A stretch of DNA of 64,000 bases from contig NW_002060962.1 in NCBI RefSeq assembly GCF_000150275.1, positions 496,001 to 560,000 of the forward strand. Direction: 5' to 3'. Position 1 is the first letter of the stretch. Every line of letters starts with the position of its first letter. Shown piece after piece: positions 59,017 to 64,000 of the stretch. Source of the stretch: Trichoplax adhaerens (taxonomy: Eukaryota > Animalia > Placozoa). The notes under the pieces are model-generated. The model was not told the origin of the DNA, searched no databases, and saw only the letters and a program-made list of their open reading frames with translations. The translations under genes and the position numbers were made by a program.

Positions 59017-60716
59017 AGTATGCCTTTTATGGAAGTTATCCGATTTCGTCAGTTGCCTACTGAAAGAGGTTTAGCACGCTACATTAACATACTATTTAGA
59101 CGTCACAAGTAGGTAGGCTTTGATATTGATAATGGAATCTACAACGTAACCTAAATACAATTAAAATTGAAGTTCTTGTAATATCAGTAACCAGCATCTG
59201 CTTACGTTATTTCGATACTGATAACGCCTAGAATTTGGTGGCAAATAAGGCAATTTATGTTGACTATGAGTACATCAAAGCTTTGTATTGATAGTATTTG
59301 TAAAGCAATTGATTTGATTATGACTTTTGTTATATCCTATAGTATATTTATTGTATATAGTGAAAGTTTCTTTGAAGTCTGAAATGGACGTTATCTTGCT
59401 TACTTCTATAATTGATCTAGAATTATTGGTTAATTTCGTGTTGAGTATATGTTGTAATATATGAGAAAACAGCAAAAGAATAGACTTAAAAATGTAATTT
59501 ATTTAATGTTAGTTCGATTTGTCGATAAACGGAGCTGTTATTCGAAGTTGGTGACGTATGATATAGTCATATTATTGGTTTGTTATTATTGTGAGGATAA
59601 ATTTTCAGACTTAGATCAATCATGATTTGAGGTTATGACAACATTGTTCATTTTTAATCTGTAAATTATAAATAGTTGCAGATTGCATTCTACACCTACG
59701 AACTAGTGCGAAGTACACTGTATAAAATAATTATGCTGTACTGTACATACACGTATAAATATGCTACGTCATTTGTATTCGTATAACATTGTAATTAACG
59801 TATTGTAAATCATGTTCACCATAAAAATATTGCAGTTCTAATTTTACGTTGTAATATATAGTTATATTATATGCACGTATATGGTAACTTGGAGTGACAA
59901 TTAAATAAAGTTTATGTTTTGAAGTTGTTTGGTTATTGAACCGGTTGATGATGCCTCCTTGTTACTTGGCTGAATAGAGTGTGCTATTCATTGCGCAGTC
60001 ATTAAGTATTCCACTATACATAACCGAACAGTAATGTGATAATATGGATTTATTAGTAGAAATTTTTTATTTGCAATATCTTCAACAGTGTTTGTAAAAT
60101 AAATTCTATTGCGAGTTATTAGTCATCATTGAGTCTTGGAAGCCTTGACTACAGTGATGGGCCACTAGAAGAAGACCATGCTATGGTGTTATATCTGCCC
60201 GAATTTGGCCAATTGAACATACAAAAGAATGTAGTTAAGTTACGTATTGATATGGATAGAGGAAAGAGAATTTACTAAGCGACTTTGAGAGCTTTAGAGA
60301 TTATATTGAGCTAGGATCCGCATACAGCTGAGTGATATGCATCGAATTGGATCCCTTGAAACTGGAAATCCTTGCATATATAGGAAGTTTGTTTTACAAT
60401 GATAGCATTTCCCTAGCCGCGAAATAAAGTCCCACAGGTGCAATCCTCAACTTCTCCGCAACATTAGCAAAAAATTGCACTTCACGCAGTATCATCATCC
60501 CAATATAGAAGCACAGGTAACATTCATGCTGTAACTAAATATAATCTTTGCCTACTCACTCTGTTCAATTTTAGTCCAATAAAATGTATCTGGCCAATAA
60601 TGCCAACTCAAGTGTGAGCTATACTGAAGAATGCAAGCTGGATAAATTGATTTAGTTAGATAAATTAGTCGTTCGCAGGACGGGTACTACCGATAGTTAT
60701 TACAATAACTTTCGCA

Positions 60717-61146
60717 TTGATTTTCCTAGTCTGTAGCGAGTATTTATTATATATTATATACGTAAGGAAGGATAAGGATTACCAACATCGACTATATCAT
60801 GATTTATCATATTGATCCGTTGCCGGGTTGCGAAAGCAACTTGGATACAGATTTACTACTTTGATTTTCCTAGTCTGTAGCGAGTATTTATTATATATTA
60901 TATACGTAAGGAAGGATAAGGATTACCAATATCGACTATATCATGATTTATCATATTGATCCGTTGCCGGGTTGCGAAAGCAACTTGGATACAGATTTAC
61001 TACTTTGATTTTCCTAGTCTGTAGCGAGTATTTATTATATATTATATACGTAAGGAAGGATAAGGATTACCAATATTGACTATATCATGATTTATCATAT
61101 TGATCCGTTGCCGGGTTGCGAAAGCAACTTGGATACAGATTTACTA
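60717..61146. repeat. Near-identical 144 bp tandem repeat, 3 copies
   Basis: ttttcctagtctgtagcgag at 60721, 60865 and 61009; each copy carries GTTGCGAAAGCAAC. Confidence 0.97.
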
Positions 61147-61416
61147 TCGTATTCTAAAGTCTGGACGATCAACGCCTATCGTATATGGCCCCAAACAGCA
61201 GTAAAAAAACTCTATTACTACTATTGTCGCTGACCACACTCGCTGACGGTCTATCACCCAAGGCCGTCTGTCCGTACTGGATGATTGGATACAGGACATA
61301 GACCAGCAATGTGGGAAAAGGAAGTACGGCACTAGTGACTTCTGGAGGCAATCAGGCGGCTGTCGTTGTCCTTAACTGGGCTGCATAAACATTGAAATCA
61401 GCTTATCCAAAGCAAA

Positions 61417-63860
61417 ATGGAAGCCAAAGCACATAGGAACGAAGGTAAAAATGGATAGAAAAGCTCGAAGGTGTTGCTAGGATAGAGGGTAGTCAAATAA
61501 TTCTGTGTAGGAGTAGTTGTATCGAGTTAAAATTTCAAGTAGAACGATACTGGTCCCAATTTTCAAGACGCCATTAGCGTTGGTGTTAGTGGATTGTCGT
61601 AGTGGATCAATCCAATGGTTTTCGTTTTGGTAGATGGATATGAGGAGATGGCTGCAGCCAGTTTATAAGCTCGATCTCCGAGTTAGTGAAGAGCAGGATT
61701 TACTTCATAGTCCTACTTGTTGGAATATTCTTTTACTGAGTAGTCTTATCCAGTTAAAATTTCTAGTAGAACGATGCCAGTCCAAATGATCTGGACGACA
61801 TGAGCGTGCTAATTGCTTGGCGTTTACTTGACTGTCTCAGTGGATCGATCCAATGGTTTTCGTTTTGGTAGACGGGTATGAGTAGATGACAGCAGCCAGT
61901 TTATAAGCTCGATCTCCGAGTTAGTGAAGAGCAGGATTTACTTCATAGTCCTTTACTGTTGGAATGCTCTCTTACTGAGCAGTCTTATCCAGTTAAAATT
62001 TCAAGTACAACGATGCTAGTCCAAATGATCTGGACGACATCAGCGTGCTAATTGCTTGGCGTTAGTTGACTGTCTCAGTGGATCAATCCGATGGTTTTCC
62101 TTTTAATAGACGGGTATGAGGAGATGACAACGGCCAGCCTGTAAGCTCGATCTCCAAGCTGGTGAAGAGCAGAATTTACTTCATACTGTTGCAACATTCT
62201 CTTACTGAGTAGTCTTATCCAGTTAAAATTTCAAGCAGAATGATGCCGGTCGAAATTATCTGCACACCCATTAGCGTGCTAATGGCGTTAGTTGACTGTC
62301 AATTGACGCAGCAGATCGATCATAAGATCGAATGGTTTTAGTAGACGGGTATGGGCTGTAGGATATGGCAACAGCCAGTCTATAAACTCCATCTCCGAAC
62401 TGGTTAAGAGTAGGATTGACTTCATAGCCCTTTACCATTAGAGCATTCTCTTACTAGCAGACTTGATAGATTTACTATTAGGAAATTGATTTAACCAAAA
62501 TGAAAAAGGCTTGAAATTCGGATGCTGTTGTCTTGAATTCTGGTTGTATTCCTTGAAGTGGCGATGTCTTGTTGCTATAACATTCCATCCATACGTCATA
62601 CGTTGTTTTTGGGAGGGGGGATGAGAAATTCATGTGAAATTAAATCAGCTAACATCGATATACCATACAATATTTTTTTTGGAGGGAGGGACGGCGGTCG
62701 GTGAGAAATTGATGTGGAATTAAATCAGCTGAAATAGAACTAAGCTGCTTCGCGTTTTCTTTTCTCATCATTCGCAGTCTTACTGTGGATGTTATTGATT
62801 GAATCGGCAACGATACTAATTGATCATTACTCTGTTAGGAAACGTTAACGAAGAAGGTTCAGATGCTAGAAAGAAATCGAAAAAGGCTCAGAAACATCAA
62901 GATGATGCTAGCCCAGATACGAGAAGCGTAAGATTCGAAGAATCCAAGAGTAACAAAAAGAAGCAAGGAAATAAACGTCAAGTAATTTTGTTGATGTGCT
63001 TGTTTGTAATGATATGAAATAATACTGCATTAGCAAGAGTATTGCCATTTCCTTATTCGTTATTAGACATACAAAATGGACATGATATCATTATTCATTT
63101 CTCTTTCCTTCTGCATTAAGCGTTATACTTGCGTAAAATTGAATGCTATGCATCCCTTCTATGATATTACGGCGTTGCTGTAGTCCATTTTGAATTATCA
63201 TGCGCTATCATTCAAGTGATATACCCTTAGTACTCTTATGATAATCAATAACGATTTACTATCATGTAGTCTCTAAAAGAAAATATAAATATGTAAAATA
63301 AGAGAAAATTCAGTAGATGTTGTATCCGCTTACGAATGATGCCAATTATTTATACAACGCTGAGGTCTCTTACAGTAACTCCATGCCCAGTCCATGCCAT
63401 TTAATTGTAGATAATTTGTAGTCATAACAACGAAATGGACTGTATTACTTCGACAACATAATCTGCAATTTTCAATAGTCTCCTAGATACTGTAATACTT
63501 ATAAATAATCCAACCTAATTTTAATCATTTAGTACGATAATCAGTTGTTAAATGCTACATGTTTAAAGCATTCTATGGCTTTACAAATTGGAGAGTTTAA
63601 GAGCAACTTTGGTATAATGCGATAATGTCATACGCTTTTGTCATAGGAACCGAAAAGCAACAGCAAACCTCCACCTACTGGAGGGTCACGCTCAGTTCGA
63701 CCCCGAGTCAGTTCTATGCTTCAGGCTGATGATCAGAAAGTTTTAGCAAAATATGCCAAGTCGTTACAAAAACAACAGGTAGGAAACTTGTAAACTATTT
63801 ATAAATTACTGCGATATATTTAAATACTATTTCTAGGTATCAAAGAGTGGCTGTTGTTAG
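61417..63860 (+). CDS. Predicted 108 aa orphan basic disordered protein ending ...KSGCC (exons 61417-61444, 62839-62981, 63647-63778, 63837-63860)
   Basis: All four exons join in frame through GT-AG sites. The start context is caaaATGG, and AATAAA lies about 50 nt after the stop. Exon 3 is open only in phase 0, which fixes the CC stop frame. No family recognised. Confidence 0.55.
61505..62460. repeat. Four degenerate ~230-240 bp tandem repeats in intron 1 of the orphan gene
   Basis: agttaaaatttc.ag..gaa.gat at about 61526, 61752, 61991 and 62221; agccag...taagctcgatctcc...gtgaagagcag.atttacttcata in each unit. Confidence 0.9.
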
Positions 63861-64000
63861 TAAATGGCGACTTCTCGTTTACCGGTTGTTAACAGTATCG
63901 AGTGGTTTTAATAAACTATCAAAACTTTTCACTCAGGTTCCACAGCGGAAAACGATACAGAAACAAGTTGAAATGTTTGCACATTTATATCAGTATGCTC

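Noticed and set aside
63837-64000. Longer open frame (YQRVAVVSKWRLL...) running off the window end as the orphan gene's continuation
   Set aside because: It needs a phase-2 join, but the preceding exon has a stop in that frame, and AATAAA follows the CC stop.

Overview
AT-rich, gene-dense, intron-rich eukaryotic DNA from a compact non-bilaterian animal genome. Short 55-120 nt introns, GTTAGT/GTACG donors and single-copy orthologue-like genes suggest a placozoan such as Trichoplax (inference). I spliced 14 genes by hand: TMCC/TEX28-like (+), SNRNP48 (-), ASPH (+), EXT1 (+), two head-to-head LACTB2 paralogues, Hippo kinase STK3/4 (-), THEG-repeat protein (-), HDDC2 (+), MRPS28 (+), Hey bHLH-Orange (-), INTS9 (+) and a small orphan basic protein ending in CC (+); a possible spliced non-coding unit makes the 14th. 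Non-coding highlights: (1) self-complementary TACTG/CAGTA/TACACTG arrays sit just upstream of housekeeping genes and look like a recurring promoter element; (2) the Hey promoter carries CSL/Su(H) sites plus class B/C boxes; (3) the THEG promoter carries RFX X-boxes plus a forkhead site; (4) two repeat islands (14.3-18.7 kb and 60.7-62.7 kb) contain homogeneous tandem arrays with X-box-like palindromes. Protein-level points: the EXT1 GT64 DxD motif is degenerate, Hippo has a GC-AG intron, and HDDC2-MRPS28-Hey matches the human HEY1/HEY2 neighbourhoods. No rRNA, tRNA, CRISPR or autonomous transposon was recognised.
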